This document shows positions 21,591-33,479 of a stretch of DNA of 64,000 nt, one piece after another. Position numbers and translations under genes: made by a program. Position 1 is the first letter of the stretch; each line of letters begins with the position of its first letter. The DNA comes from Cyanidioschyzon merolae (taxonomy: Eukaryota): the NCBI GenBank assembly GCA_000091205.1, contig AP006500.2; one strand, given 5' to 3'. The notes beneath the pieces were generated by a model. It was not told where the DNA came from, made no database searches, and saw only the letters and a program-made list of their open reading frames with translations.

Positions 21591-22400
21591 TCCAGGAAGC
21601 GCTGACTCAACTGGCCCATAATTTAGGTGCTCAAGGACGCGAAAACGTTTCGCTACCATAGAGTGTACATATATGTCTACTTGCAGACAACTCCCGGACT
21701 GTTTCGACAGGACTCCTGCTATCCTCTTCAGCTTCTCATCGTATACTTCGAGCCCGAGAGGCTGCTCCATAAAGTTAGATAGCCACAGCCCTGCGGGTCT
21801 TGTCTTCAGTACCGCACATTGTCGGATTTTTATGGCGATGTTGAAGTCTCTGTTCACGAACTCTATGCGTTCGTTCTCGCTGGTGGAATTCACTGATACA
21901 AAGAGTCCTCGGACTCGTGCCCTGTATGGCGCCAAAGTCTCGTCATCGTTCCATCGGGCAAACGCCTTTTCTCGACGATCTCCTCATTTCTTCTTCGTCC
22001 ATTGTTCTTCTTCTTCGCTCGAGAGTCAACGAGAAGAGGATTTTTTGTTGTTTTTCCTGCACCCGGCGATGCCGACCCCCCTAGGATTCCCGACTTGCAT
22101 GTCCATACTTTCCCCTGGTTTTTTTATCACTTCAAACGAAAGCACTTTGCATGCGTCCGCGGTAAGCAGCGAAAAAGCATTTGATGACATGCACCTGAAT
22201 GCGGAACACTTTTCAGGGCAAAGACTGCGATGCGATAGCGATCAGCAGCGCGCGGCGCACCGCCGAGGCGTTACGCATTGCGGAATCGCGCACGCACGTA
22301 CGCATGCACGCATCGTATGGCGGCTTCCCGCCAGGCGATCTCGCTGATCCGTGCATGCCACGCGGACGGCACAGCCGTTATCGCCACATGCAACTGGCAT
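21588..22400 (-). pseudogene. Decayed Fanzor-like (TnpB/OrfB homolog) gene remnant, C-terminal RuvC-III region retained
   Basis: ORF 21588-21935 (minus) RARVRGLFVSVNSTSENERIEFVNRDFNIAIKIRQCAVLKTRP...LEVYDEKLKRIAGV..SGSCLQVDIYVHSMV aligns with the intact copy RAKVRGLLAIVSTTRNGKKRMEFVNRDFNAAINVRRCAVLETRP...VELDEKKLEAVVG..AGRCLHVSWRHLL; nucleotide homology to 59988-60165 visible; upstream continuation has frameshifts and stops (e.g. ..MER then shifted RARVRG; GRMQSAF stop vs GGKQRAFANF). Confidence 0.55.
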
Positions 22401-22424
22401 TCATATTCCTTGCGTTTCTAAGCA

Positions 22425-24527
22425 GTGACCAACGAAACTGCTCTATTGACGCTACAGGAACTATTGGTGACGTGTACTAGTAGACACTTTTTCTTTGAAT
22501 CATTGACAGGGGATATGGAGCGATCTCAGCGCGAAACCTGGTCGGAAACCGCCCCGGATATGCATCCGTACGGCGTCGGAGGTCGTGCAACTCGAGACGG
22601 TCGCGACGCTGCGCTCTATGCGCCAACGAACGTGAACGAAGACCATTTTCGGCTGGATGAAACACGCGCACCGTATAGGCGGTATTCAAAACGCGAGTCT
22701 CTGAAACTGCGCAAGGCATCCGGGTCAACCGGAATAGAAGAGCATACAGCGGGCTCTGTTTACGGGATCGGGGATGCTCCAACAGGAACAAAAGGCCGCA
22801 CACTCTATAGGCCTTTAGAGCTGCAGTCTGGGTGCGTGCAATCGGTGGACCTGCAGGAACCTAGCAGCTTTCCAGCTTCGGTGCCGCGTCCACCGGAAAC
22901 TGTGGTTACTCGAGCAGACACTTCGTCTCCCCCGTGGTACGCTTTCCGGAAAATGCACCCGCAGCACGGGCCGTTCCGGCTTCCAGACGCGCCTGTTACG
23001 CTCCACGTAGCAGGTCTGATGCTTATCTGGGTGCTGGTTCTAGTCAGCTTGCGGAACCGTAGCAAATACGGTGTCCAGCGAATCGACCGCGGCGCGCGCA
23101 TCTGGCGCGAGCGCACTCGTGCCAGAGCCAGGCACCATGGAAGCCCTGCATCGGCTGCTTCTCTCGCGCAACATGTGCATCCGTGCTGTTGGCTGCTGCT
23201 TCCTCTGCCGAGGGTAATACGAGTGCACAGCGCGTCTGTATGGCCGACGGTTAAGCCTATCACGACCACCAAGCTCGAGAATCCCGACCATCTCGAACGC
23301 CTCTGGTACCAACGCCATAGTCGCCATTATGCGAATCTGCATGATTTATCCCTTGGTGGGACTTTCATCGCCTTGTCGGATTCCGATGTCGACTCCGAAG
23401 ACTCGGCGATACCGACGATTGAAGAATACGCAGCGCACCGCAGCGAGTTACCTGCTTCAGAACTGATGCAGCATCGATCGGCCAATGTCCATACAATTGA
23501 GAATCTCGCATTCCCTACGGTTTCCGGGCAGATAGAGAAGAATCAAGCGCCATTCCGAGCGCGCCTGGAAAGCAAACCACAAATACAAGTGCTGCGCGAA
23601 AGGAATCAAGATGTACCCGAGAGGCAGTCGAAGTCAGGTCGCCGCAATGGGCCAATGGGCAAACGCGCATCTCTGCCAGCTTCTTGGGACGGCAGCATCC
23701 AGTATTCGTTGCCGATGCCTGGAGCTGACGCACGCGCACCCATTTTCGACAACGCCAGCAGCATCTCCCTGTCAGCCATTGACTCCTCACTTGAAGCAGC
23801 GAACACGGAGAAAGGCGATCGTGTATGGGAGCATCAAGCTTCAGCTGGGGATATCTCTTCATCCTGGCTTTTGCCATCAAGACATTCTGTGGGCGATTGC
23901 TTCGAGGCCAGCGAGCCAAGCCTCGAATTCGAAACCAGTGAGCATGCGCACCACCCCGAACGATTCATTACAGCGATGACTGCTTTCAGTGCGCGTGCAG
24001 GCCCTGTATCCGAAAGTGGCCAGATTCGCGCCAGTGCAGCACTGCCGGATCAGTCCGGCACCGCTACCGAGTGCACTCCGACGGCGCCGAACTCGTTCGC
24101 CACTGGTTCAAAGCAGGGCCTTCCCGTGCTCTCAGCGCTCATATGGCAGGATGCCCGTGTTCGCCGAAACGCAGACGGCAACTGGTGGCTCGAGCGCCAC
24201 GGCGAGTACCGCCTCGAGCACCAACCACATGTTCTAATCCATTTTGGGGACAAGTTCGGTGTGGATGCAAGAATCTTGCCACACAGTCAAGAATCACAAG
24301 TATGGTACGAGTGGTACATCGAAAGACGGCCCGCTAATTCGTCTGTGGAGCAGCCCTCGTACCAGGGTTGTCGCTGGGGTCGTAACAACGCCGGCGATAC
24401 CTGGTACGTCCGGTACGGCACCGATACAAGTGGTTATCACTGGGAGCAGCGTCTGGACTCGAATGGGGCTCGTTTCCAGCTGGAGTGGGAGCAAAGCATT
24501 GCAACAGTGCTGCACGTGCGACTATGA
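22425..24527 (+). CDS. Hypothetical protein (700 aa), no recognisable domain; C-terminal W/Y/G-rich repeats (WYVRYGTDTSGYHWEQRLDSNGARFQLEWE)
   Basis: Long uninterrupted ORF in GC-rich DNA with ATG start; no motif identified. Confidence 0.35.
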   Translation: MTNETALLTLQELLVTCTSRHFFFESLTGDMERSQRETWSETAPDMHPYGVGGRATRDGRDAALYAPTNVNEDHFRLDETRAPYRRYSKRESLKLRKASGSTGIEEHTAGSVYGIGDAPTGTKGRTLYRPLELQSGCVQSVDLQEPSSFPASVPRPPETVVTRADTSSPPWYAFRKMHPQHGPFRLPDAPVTLHVAGLMLIWVLVLVSLRNRSKYGVQRIDRGARIWRERTRARARHHGSPASAASLAQHVHPCCWLLLPLPRVIRVHSASVWPTVKPITTTKLENPDHLERLWYQRHSRHYANLHDLSLGGTFIALSDSDVDSEDSAIPTIEEYAAHRSELPASELMQHRSANVHTIENLAFPTVSGQIEKNQAPFRARLESKPQIQVLRERNQDVPERQSKSGRRNGPMGKRASLPASWDGSIQYSLPMPGADARAPIFDNASSISLSAIDSSLEAANTEKGDRVWEHQASAGDISSSWLLPSRHSVGDCFEASEPSLEFETSEHAHHPERFITAMTAFSARAGPVSESGQIRASAALPDQSGTATECTPTAPNSFATGSKQGLPVLSALIWQDARVRRNADGNWWLERHGEYRLEHQPHVLIHFGDKFGVDARILPHSQESQVWYEWYIERRPANSSVEQPSYQGCRWGRNNAGDTWYVRYGTDTSGYHWEQRLDSNGARFQLEWEQSIATVLHVRL

Positions 24528-24777
24528 TTGCAATCGATTTGTATCCTCTTTCGCTGTCGGCATGCACTCTATCTAGCCCCTGTTGTGCACGACAAACCCA
24601 AGCTGTATCCAAATCGAATGCATCAAAAGCGAATATAGCCATCCGAACGTAGCTTGTAAACGAGCACGGGAAGGCTCTGGAAACAGCCGCCCCGGACGCA
24701 CTGCAGCTTCGTATCCAGCTTCGGTCGCAGCACCTCTGAGTATCCGACACTGAGCGCTAAGCTTGGCGAACATCTTT

Positions 24778-25518
24778 TCAAACTCTCCCGTTGGTATTTG
24801 CCGGCGCCTGATCTCCTCTTGCTGTCTGTTTAAACATCGAGCCGAGGCGCTCGAACTGTCTTGTTAGATAGGCGGCGGCGCCGAGACTATCCGCTGCACT
24901 CCACGCGGTCCCTCGACTTGCAACGCGAGCGCACTGCCAGTATGCAGAAAGTTGACTAGCCTGGAGTATGAAAGCAATAAAAACGACGAGAAGCCAGTTG
25001 AGTTCAAACTTCAGCATACATACGACACCAAGAAGCGCCCAGCACGCTGGTGCAAGATACAGGGACCACCAGAACACCTGGCGCTCGAACGCGGTCGACA
25101 CCAACTCGCTCTCGGGTCGAAACTCAAATCTCAGCGTGTTGCTGCCGTCGAGCTGAACGTGGTTCCACCACCGAAGACCCACCAGCCTCCTTCCTGAAAA
25201 GTTTTTGACCGTCCAAAAGTCCAGCGCAAGTAGGAGGAGCGTCACTACCGTCTGGACAACGAAGGAGTTCGTGAACACGCCCAAAAGAAGAAAAGACACC
25301 ACCGCCCCTATACGAAAGACGAGTGTCGCCACCAGCGCGCCATAGTGTACAGAACGCTGTACATGCCCTTCTCCGGAACCAGTCCTCGAGGGTTTTTCTG
25401 CTTCCTCGGGGGCAGACATGCGGCAAGCGTGCCCACCGGATATCGACAGCAACCGTCGAAACGGATGGGTGTCGGTGCCAGGCGTCGGATCTTCCTGTGC
25501 TGCACCATTTATATACAA
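24778..25518 (-). CDS. TVP23: Golgi membrane protein TVP23 (FAM18) family; likely true start at internal Met (MSAPEE..., about 25419)
   Basis: LLLALDFWTVKNFSGRRLVGLRWWNHV plus four hydrophobic segments match the TVP23 signature (DFWxVKNVSGRxLVGLRWWN). Confidence 0.75.
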   Translation of the reverse strand: MYINGAAQEDPTPGTDTHPFRRLLSISGGHACRMSAPEEAEKPSRTGSGEGHVQRSVHYGALVATLVFRIGAVVSFLLLGVFTNSFVVQTVVTLLLLALDFWTVKNFSGRRLVGLRWWNHVQLDGSNTLRFEFRPESELVSTAFERQVFWWSLYLAPACWALLGVVCMLKFELNWLLVVFIAFILQASQLSAYWQCARVASRGTAWSAADSLGAAAYLTRQFERLGSMFKQTARGDQAPANTNGRV

Positions 25519-26813
25519 GCTTGTATTATACGGAATAAAATGGACGATTTACGAGGCGCGCTTCTCACGCATCGCGTTGCCTGTCAGCACGCCTGCCGCT
25601 ACACAGCAGCCGCTGTGTACTGGGTGTAGGCGGCAGCCAGTGCACCCCGCGGATGCTTTCTTTGGAGCTGCACAGCAACAACGCTGGATACCCGAAGGAT
25701 GTGCTGGCAATGTCGCGCCTATAGACGTTTCAAAGGTGTGCGAAGCACCATCAAGGGTGAACGCTCACACCAGACGCAATTTTTTAGATGCTCGTAACGC
25801 AAAGATGACACCCTGTCCATGAAATTGGTATCACCGCGGGGCCAGCCTCTACGATACGCTATTCGACAGCGGCGATATGCGCGTGCTTTATCGCCCCGAA
25901 GTATCGTCGCTTCAAGGGATGACGTGCAGCGTTACCGACAACAAGGGTTCTGTCCGTGGGAAGCATTTTTCCATTGAACAGTAAACCATCGAATACGATC
26001 GCGATATCGCACGATTCGTCCGCTCTTTCGAACGCTGAGCCTATGTGGCAACGGCAAATGGTGACGCTTCCACGAAGCATCGATATCATCTGTGGTACGC
26101 CTCGGCTGTATCATGCATCGCATGCGCAGCGCGCTCGATTCCTCCGGGTCCAGAAACGCGCTGTGCATACTCGTGGCCATCACACGGAAGCTAGACAAGT
26201 GGAGTGCTCTTCAGTGGCAAGCGATGGACGCAGCAAGTCGTGCACCCATCGGGCGCTGACGCAAAATTTGTTGTGTTCGTGCATCAGCAACAGCTGGAGC
26301 ACCCGTAACTGCTGCTGCTGCACCGAGTTCTTTTCATGATCAGTGCGAATACCCTTGAAATCACAAGAATGCAAGGAAGCGAACAAGGTACAGTAGCAGC
26401 GTCTATCAAAATCATTTCGGGCACATCTGGTTTTCCGATGCAGTTCGCGTCATGAGCCTCGAACAGCATCCATTTGACAGAGCCAGCGTCGACGGGTCAT
26501 CCACGAGCATCGCAGCCGCTGACCAGTAGCGCTGGAGTACAGGGCACCACGCAGCGCATGTTGTGTCATCGGCTGCACTTGGCGGCTTGCTCGCACCAAG
26601 GCGAACATGTTCGACACCGAAGCGCCACGACGCAAGGCGTCTGGGACATGGGATCTAGTGCAGGGTCAAGTGTGCGCACTCGTCGTCGCGTGTACAAGTT
26701 ATTGAAGCACTTCATTGCAAAGATAAAAAATCTCTCATTGGCACGGCACGTGACGACATCCACCAAATCATATCCTGAGCTACACCGCTGGGGGTAGAGA
26801 CCAGTCTACAATT

Positions 26814-29800
26814 TCATGTTGACGACGAATGTGGCGTCGTGCGCCCTGTACAACGTGGCTGCGAAGTGACGGGCTCCATACAGGCGCGTCTAGATATCGA
26901 CGGCTGGCGACGGCTGTGCGAACGTCGCCCGTTTCGACCTTGCGCTGCCTCCATAGCCTCAATAATCGCCATTTGCTCCGCAAGCCAGGTCGCTTCTGCC
27001 TGTTCTGCAGCCTTTTGTAGCTCTTCATGCTCAATTTCACTGATGGAGGCCCTTGCCTGACCTGAAACGTAGCGTCGATCCCACAACGGTGATAGCTGGT
27101 TTCGACGCACAGCGCATGCACAAGAACGATCTGCATTCTGGGTTTCCTCTAAGAGTTTGCGAAATGAACAAGGCTGTGAGACAGAGGGTCCTGATCCCGC
27201 CTCCTGTCCCCAAGAGCGGGCACGCATGGAGGATGCCGCTGAACCCAACGCTGCAGCCAACGTGTCCGAAATCAAGAGCGAGGGCAAAGAACCCGCCTGC
27301 TGCTGCTGCTGCTGCTGCTGCTCCGGTAACACGGCGTCGCGCGGAGCACGCCTCTGCTGTCGCCCGGCACCAGCCGGGTGCTTAGCGATTCGTTGTGTGC
27401 AAGTTGCGGGATTTTCGGGCGTGCCCGCGATGCTGACAAGCTGCGTGGCTCTTTGCGTGTCCGCTGCCTCTTGCTGAAGGAGCTCTCGAAAGCTCTGGCC
27501 AGCTGAGCGGGCTTTCGCACTGCTAGACGGTGAAGCGCGATCCACTGAAGCGCCTTCGACCGATGAAGTTGAGTGACTCTTTCCGGAAAAAAACGAACCC
27601 GCCTCGCAACATGTTTCTTGGTGCCAAGACCGGTCGCTTTTCGTTCGTATGTACGATTCACGTCGTGCGATATGCTGGGGAGCGGAGCGGCCGCTCGTCA
27701 TGCGCCCCGCACCGGTGTGTTCAGAAGCGTCTTCCATTACGCGAGCGCCGGCGTCTCCTGGGAGCAAAAGAACAGTTGTATAGGAGCCAGCGTGCCCGTC
27801 ATTGTGGGTTACGGCATCGTTCGCCGCTACATGCACCAGTCCAGCGGGCGTTTCGCGCGATGTCGTTTCGCTGGATGTAGACGCGGACTTTCCCGATCGT
27901 ACCGGGCGCGTTCGCGAAAATGGTTGTGCTTCTGCTTTTGATCGCTCTGGGGCTTCTTCGAGATGTTCGCGAGTTTCCTGCATAACGAGGGAACGCCCGT
28001 TCCTTAAGAGAGCTACGTCTGACAAGGCGCGATCCCCCAGGCCCGGTGAGGGAAAATCTCGCGCACTGCGCATCACATCTTCACGTGTTGAAGCGCTCTT
28101 TTCGAAACGCGTTAAGGAGCATACCGATAGACCATACCGAGCACATAATTCACGGAAGGATTGCATCGCAGCCGCCCGGTGCGATTGTTGCTCAGCCCGC
28201 GAAACCGTGCCCCAGTGCTCCGTTTGCTGCAGCATGCGAGATCGCTCATTGGTGTTGGCTAGCATCCGCTTCAGATCCTGCTCGAGAAACGCAAGTGCCA
28301 TAGGAAAAAACTCGAGGTCAAGTCCACGTTCCGTCGTGGACGCCAAAAAGATATCCAAATTGCCCAGCAAAAAGCGCGAGCAGGATTCGCGAATGCACGG
28401 TGTGTTTGCGTACGCGGACGCTTCCAGCAGATGCCAAACTGTGTCAAATGTCAGACGTGCAAGGACCGCCTCCTCGCACATATGAGATAACGAGCACGGC
28501 AGAGGAGTCGTTGTCGTTGTCGTTGTCGCCGCCTGCTGCATTCGAAAATCACAAGAACCCCACTCGAGCGAGCAGGCAGCCATTGAAGTTTGCGCTTGCG
28601 TCCACCGGGCTTCGACAATCGCAAACGCATGCTGCGCAGAGGCGGCAACTTCGATAGCACCTCGCAGATAGGGTACCCGTTTGCCACGACGACGCTTGGT
28701 AAAGGCATCTTCAGTACTCCACTGCCAGAGACAGCCCATTTCATCCAACGCATAGCAAACAGTCGCAGTACAACAGATGCGCTGAAACCGATAGGACATA
28801 CGTCCACTGGTCTGCAGCGGTTGCGCCCATAGCCCTTTCATCTCTGGGTGATCCTGTCGATCGGCAGCAGGAGCTGGCGCTCGATCCCGCCGAGCGTACG
28901 TGTCGCTGTCCAGGCGCAGCAGAAAAGGATCGCCAGCCTCTCCCAGTATCAATACAAAACTACCAGCTGCCGATATTTGCGCGAAACGACGACAAGGAAC
29001 AGCACCTCGGGGGCGTACGCGACTCGCCAGCGACAGCCTTGCACCTGGGGCGTGATCCAGTTCGTCGACGTGCGCGCTCATCGACGCTGTGAGGCCCGGG
29101 AAACGAACCCGCCGCAGGTCCGCGCTACCCGCTATCCAGACCAACACCTCGTCATGGTGATCAGTACGAATGAGCGCAGCACAACGGAAACCGTCACCAG
29201 CGGCAATGGCGCGTGTCTTTCGCTCGCCCAGTGCACCGTGCATGATAGCCCGGTATTTGCAGGGTGCATCTGCAGGCGCCCAATAGACAATGTTTTCCCG
29301 CGAAAGCGCCAAGGCATGTGTTTCACTCAAGTCAACGATGCGTATGGGGTCGTGTTTGAGGCTGGTCACGAAGGTTGGTGACCACAGATCCGAACCCCAG
29401 ACGCAGAGCATACCGCAGGCGGTGATGGCTGCGGACTGTTTGCCACCAGCAGCAACGTACACAATGGGTCTGAGTTCCCATTCAGGAGGTGATAGCCGCA
29501 CGGGTTGCAGGCATGAAAACGGGGATCGATTCGTCCCGAATGCTGACTCACTGCTCGACGAGCCCGTCCTGCTGTATGGACGCCCGAGACCTAGCCTGCC
29601 GTTCGCTCCGAAGCCCGCCACGTATACGCGTCGGTCGCGCGTCAGAAAGATGGTGTGTTGTTCAGCGGTAGCAATCTGAATGACGTCAGCATCAAAAGCG
29701 GCAGAGCCGGACATAGCTTTGCGACCCTCTGATGGCCAACTAGTGCCACCATTTCTGCCAAGCCGTCTTGGTTTCGCATCCGCAGACCGCGTGGAGTGCG

Positions 29801-30482
29801 GTAGGCCCAGCTGGAAGTCAGCGTTTTCACCCCAGGCCCAAACCTCTCGAATCGAGCAAGTCGCTCTCGGAGGTCGGTTGAGGGGCGCGACGTAGCGCAA
29901 GTAGTACAGGTCCAGGGGTGACAAGTTTTCGTGGTCTCGGCTGAGGAGCACCTCGTGGTCTTTCAAAATAAGCTCGATGAACGCTCTCAAGTTGCCAGTG
30001 TATACTGCTCGGTGTGCTGCCGACCAACCGCTCTCCCAGTCGCGCTCCCTCAAGAAGTTGCTAGGGCAACGGTTCGCGGCGAGCAGCTGCTGCACGCCTT
30101 CGAAGGCGAGGTCCGCGTTTTCGAAGCCTGCAATCCAGTGTAACAGGGTACGTCCACACTCATCTCTTTGAGAAACTATCCCTGTTAGCGTGGTTTCTCT
30201 TTCATCGGTGTCCAGCGGCGCTAGTCGGCGTTCCACGCAGTTTGACGCTGCTTTACTGGCGAGCGTGCACGGCAGAGCGCTGCATACCCTGCGTTCGGAC
30301 ATGGACGACTCCTCAGCGTAGCAGCTACCGACCAACTCTATGCCATTCTCAAACGATACAGTATTTGGCAACCCGTAGCTATGAGGCAAACGCTGTCGTT
30401 CAAACAAGTCTGGCGGATGGTGCGTCCAAACGGTTGAAAGTGGCCGCGAATTCTCGGTACCAGGTAGAGACCGGGGAATCAC
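26814..30482 (-). CDS. IBTK-like protein (ankyrin repeats, RCC1 repeats and BTB domains); ORF starts at GTG, true ATG probably downstream (e.g. MSERRV..., about 30302)
   Basis: N-terminal ankyrin repeats (GRTLLHWIAGFENADL..., SGWSAAHRAVYTGNLRAFIELIL), RCC1 repeats (VWAWGENADFQLGLP, VYVAGFGANGRLGLG, MLCVWGSD), BTB-like segment (MCEEAVLARLTFDTVWHLLEASAYANTPCIRESCSRFLLGNLDIFL). This domain order is characteristic of IBTK. Confidence 0.65.
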   Translation of the reverse strand: MIPRSLPGTENSRPLSTVWTHHPPDLFERQRLPHSYGLPNTVSFENGIELVGSCYAEESSMSERRVCSALPCTLASKAASNCVERRLAPLDTDERETTLTGIVSQRDECGRTLLHWIAGFENADLAFEGVQQLLAANRCPSNFLRERDWESGWSAAHRAVYTGNLRAFIELILKDHEVLLSRDHENLSPLDLYYLRYVAPLNRPPRATCSIREVWAWGENADFQLGLPHSTRSADAKPRRLGRNGGTSWPSEGRKAMSGSAAFDADVIQIATAEQHTIFLTRDRRVYVAGFGANGRLGLGRPYSRTGSSSSESAFGTNRSPFSCLQPVRLSPPEWELRPIVYVAAGGKQSAAITACGMLCVWGSDLWSPTFVTSLKHDPIRIVDLSETHALALSRENIVYWAPADAPCKYRAIMHGALGERKTRAIAAGDGFRCAALIRTDHHDEVLVWIAGSADLRRVRFPGLTASMSAHVDELDHAPGARLSLASRVRPRGAVPCRRFAQISAAGSFVLILGEAGDPFLLRLDSDTYARRDRAPAPAADRQDHPEMKGLWAQPLQTSGRMSYRFQRICCTATVCYALDEMGCLWQWSTEDAFTKRRRGKRVPYLRGAIEVAASAQHAFAIVEARWTQAQTSMAACSLEWGSCDFRMQQAATTTTTTTPLPCSLSHMCEEAVLARLTFDTVWHLLEASAYANTPCIRESCSRFLLGNLDIFLASTTERGLDLEFFPMALAFLEQDLKRMLANTNERSRMLQQTEHWGTVSRAEQQSHRAAAMQSFRELCARYGLSVCSLTRFEKSASTREDVMRSARDFPSPGLGDRALSDVALLRNGRSLVMQETREHLEEAPERSKAEAQPFSRTRPVRSGKSASTSSETTSRETPAGLVHVAANDAVTHNDGHAGSYTTVLLLPGDAGARVMEDASEHTGAGRMTSGRSAPQHIARRESYIRTKSDRSWHQETCCEAGSFFSGKSHSTSSVEGASVDRASPSSSAKARSAGQSFRELLQQEAADTQRATQLVSIAGTPENPATCTQRIAKHPAGAGRQQRRAPRDAVLPEQQQQQQQQAGSLPSLLISDTLAAALGSAASSMRARSWGQEAGSGPSVSQPCSFRKLLEETQNADRSCACAVRRNQLSPLWDRRYVSGQARASISEIEHEELQKAAEQAEATWLAEQMAIIEAMEAAQGRNGRRSHSRRQPSISRRACMEPVTSQPRCTGRTTPHSSST
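27297..27323. repeat. (CTG)8 microsatellite encoding poly-Gln (QQQQQQQQ) within IBTK-like CDS
   Basis: ctgctgctgctgctgctgctgctg read directly; protein shows LPEQQQQQQQQAGS. Confidence 0.8.
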
Positions 30483-30499
30483 GCGGGCAAACCTAGTAC

Positions 30500-32100
30500 T
30501 CCTTCACCCATTTTCGAGAAAAAATGGATGCATCCATTTGGTTACCTCGGGTGTGAAAACAGAAAAGTTTGAGTCTCTTTCCGATGTCATCACCATAAGC
30601 GTTTGCAGAATGTTTCTGTAAATGCGGCATTTTCCTCCCCGTATCAGTGAAGTTTAACGTCGCTGATCTCATCTGCCTCTTCACATCCGTTGTCAGCCGT
30701 CGAAGGATGTTGATTCTGGCGTTATAGTCCCGAATTCATAGAATCCGGTTGTCTTCGAATCATAGCATACACAGAGGGAATTTGCGATCTACGCTTCGCT
30801 TGCCACTTTCATCTCCATTGTGGTGAGCATCCGCGCGCCTTTTCCAGAGAGGTCCATTGGATTTGGTCAAGTTTTCTCAGATGGCTGCCTTAGGTCCACC
30901 TCCGAGAGCAGTCGAGCGACACGTTGACGCTTGCTTCATCATCCGGTGCATGTACTTTATAAGTACTGGAGGCCCTGCTGAATACTCTCCTCCGTTCCCG
31001 CACCCGGTGCCGTATCCTACGATCACCGGCTTGTTCTGGGTGATACGCGGAACGCTTGCTCTGACCGGTTCGTGTGCGATCTCACGTTGTTCCGTCGAAT
31101 AGGGATTTGTGGAACGCATTGTCTTCCATGATGGAAAACTATCGAAAGGAAAATCCAGACTGGAGAACAAGTCCAGTATTTTCGATCCGGATACGCTGCC
31201 GTCGTGCAACGCGGTGACACTCACACCAATCCTAGTGATAGTACAGGGCCGAGTTCAAGACTCGTCTTCGCACGAGCAGAAGAGAAGAACACTTCCGGAA
31301 GCATTACCTGTGAATGGTATCGTGTTTATGTCGTATGCTGTCTGGTGGATGTCCGGAAAGAGAGGAGGATATTTCTTTAGAATTGAATCGAATATTTTTC
31401 GTTACAAGTTTCAAGAAGTTTCCCGATGAGCTTTTGAAGAGCCGCCAAGGGACGGCGTCGAGTTTTTCTCCTCGTCAAGACATCTGCGCGAACTGCTGCG
31501 CCCACGAGCTGCCCTGACATAGGAGGATCGAAAAATTGAAGAATCCGTGATTGAAGCATGCGTTACGTAAGGAAAGGAGTGGATTGGATGTTTGGACGTA
31601 CGCATCCGAATATGGTATCGATGCATTCACGCGCATTTTCGTTCGAGGACGTCGCTTATCCTCATGACTACGGTAACGTCAAGAATTGCAGTCGCCAATC
31701 GTTGAAGAGCCACTCCGCGAAGACGACAAGGTATCCTAAAATTACGTATGCATTCGTAATTCCTTAATGCAGCAATTCGAACATCGAGTCCGTACATTTG
31801 ATAAAAGTTCGGAAGAAATAGAGAGGCAGGAACGGCGCGACGATTTCTATGTTGGTTTTCATCTGAAACCAGTGTAGAGTGTCAACGTGCTGACGCGGAG
31901 CCACATTGTTCATGATGCAAGATCGAGGCATCTAGACAGGATGCAATGGATACTCGAGTGCTGCCGAAAGCCAGAGAAGCGTCCTCAATCATTCCAGGTA
32001 TGCATCTGCGTACCTCAGGATTCAAAGCAATGTTTTTCTCAGTAAAAAATGCTGGATCCTGTGATCTTCCTGGGCAATAGGCACATCCCGGTTGCCTGCT
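30500..32100. repeat. Dispersed repeat block, copy B, diverged colinear homolog of 20040-21590; lies immediately upstream of the IBTK-like start; no Fanzor-like ORF detected beside it
   Basis: See copy A; lower GC than flanks; only short ORFs. Confidence 0.55.
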
Positions 32101-32804
32101 AAGACGCTAGATACGTCACTGCTGCCACTGCCGCCCAAGAGAGACAGAACAGCTTTCCAGTACCATGACAGGCTTCAGCTCATAGGCGGTGCCGACGTGC
32201 CCCGATACCGATGAGCGTTGCCACGAGCGACCGACTCGGCAGCTTGCCGCCGCCCTAGCTCCCAATGTCTCGTTTCCGAGGTACTCTTTGGAACGCTGAC
32301 GCGAGCCTACGCTAGCAAGATGCGCACATTTCAGGTCGATCTGGATGGAACCTGGGTTGCCACGCTCGCGCTTCCTCCATCCCGACATTCCCCATGTATC
32401 AACAAGACAAAAAAGGTTGCGCTGTACACCGCTCATCGATCATGTACTGGACGCCGTCGAGCTGGTGCGCACCAGACTAGCCATCATACGCACTACACAG
32501 AAACGTCATACGCGTGCACAAGCTTTGAGCATGATCTGCTCCGCTGCTGCCGGGACCTGCCCCGGATCCAGCGCTAGTCTAGTAGCAGCTGCATTTGCGC
32601 CACGCTGTGTGCCAATGATGTGCTAGGTGCACCGCTCGAGATCACGCAAACACTCTAAAAATGAAGTACAGAGGCCTCCAAGGCTTGTCAGTTGCGCGCC
32701 TGGCAACATCCTTGAGGATCCAGTACCAGCGCTGAGATCTGCAGCGAATCTCCCGGCAGCGCGCGGCGTCGAGACAGATTCCTCGTCTGAAGTACGGACT
32801 CGCT

Positions 32805-33479
32805 GTGGGCCTTTCTGAGAATATGTTCGTTTTTGGAGCTTACTGGTTCGACTGTGGTGAAAGAGCGGTCTTACCTGCAAATAGCAGGGGCGCACTGCGC
32901 CCACAGTGCACTAGGCTGCGTTTCTGGCGTGGTCGATACTGGCACCGCGGTGCTGTGTCCGCGTTGAGGCGCGTGCGGCCGCTCAGCGCTTCGACACCGT
33001 CGCCGCGGGTGCTCGACGGATCGCAGTCGTTGGCGGGTACCCCCGACGACGTTCAGCAGTTGTTGCAGCACATGAGTCAGGAGCTCGACAGCGTTGTTCA
33101 GAGTATGGTGCATCTCGAGGAGTACGCACTCGAGCAGGTCGAGAAGTTGAAAGGCGCCATGGAAGCGGACCTACGAAAGCTAGCACTTTACGAGGAGGAG
33201 CAGGCCTTTGCACAGAAACTAACTGAGCAGCTCCAGAAAAAGGAAGGTGCTGTTTTTGAGGCGATGCGTCATTTTCTCTTCCATGTCGTGGGCCTGCAGG
33301 AGCAGACGGTAGCGATTACCAATGAGCTGCAGGTGCTGCACGAATTCGTGAGCGAGAATCATGAACGAGTCGAGCTCGTTCTCGAGTCTCTGCGGGAAAG
33401 GGGCCTATTTGGATCGCGCCAGGACGTTTTCGAGGGCGAGGTCAAGAAGAAACTCGACCGATTCGACCCAGAAATATGA
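32805..33479 (+). CDS. Hypothetical coiled-coil protein
   Basis: ORF with heptad-like E/L/K/Q-rich sequence (LEEYALEQVEKLKGAMEADLRKLALYEEEQAFAQKLTEQLQKKEG); no family recognised; start uncertain. Confidence 0.3.
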   Translation: MGLSENMFVFGAYWFDCGERAVLPANSRGALRPQCTRLRFWRGRYWHRGAVSALRRVRPLSASTPSPRVLDGSQSLAGTPDDVQQLLQHMSQELDSVVQSMVHLEEYALEQVEKLKGAMEADLRKLALYEEEQAFAQKLTEQLQKKEGAVFEAMRHFLFHVVGLQEQTVAITNELQVLHEFVSENHERVELVLESLRERGLFGSRQDVFEGEVKKKLDRFDPEI

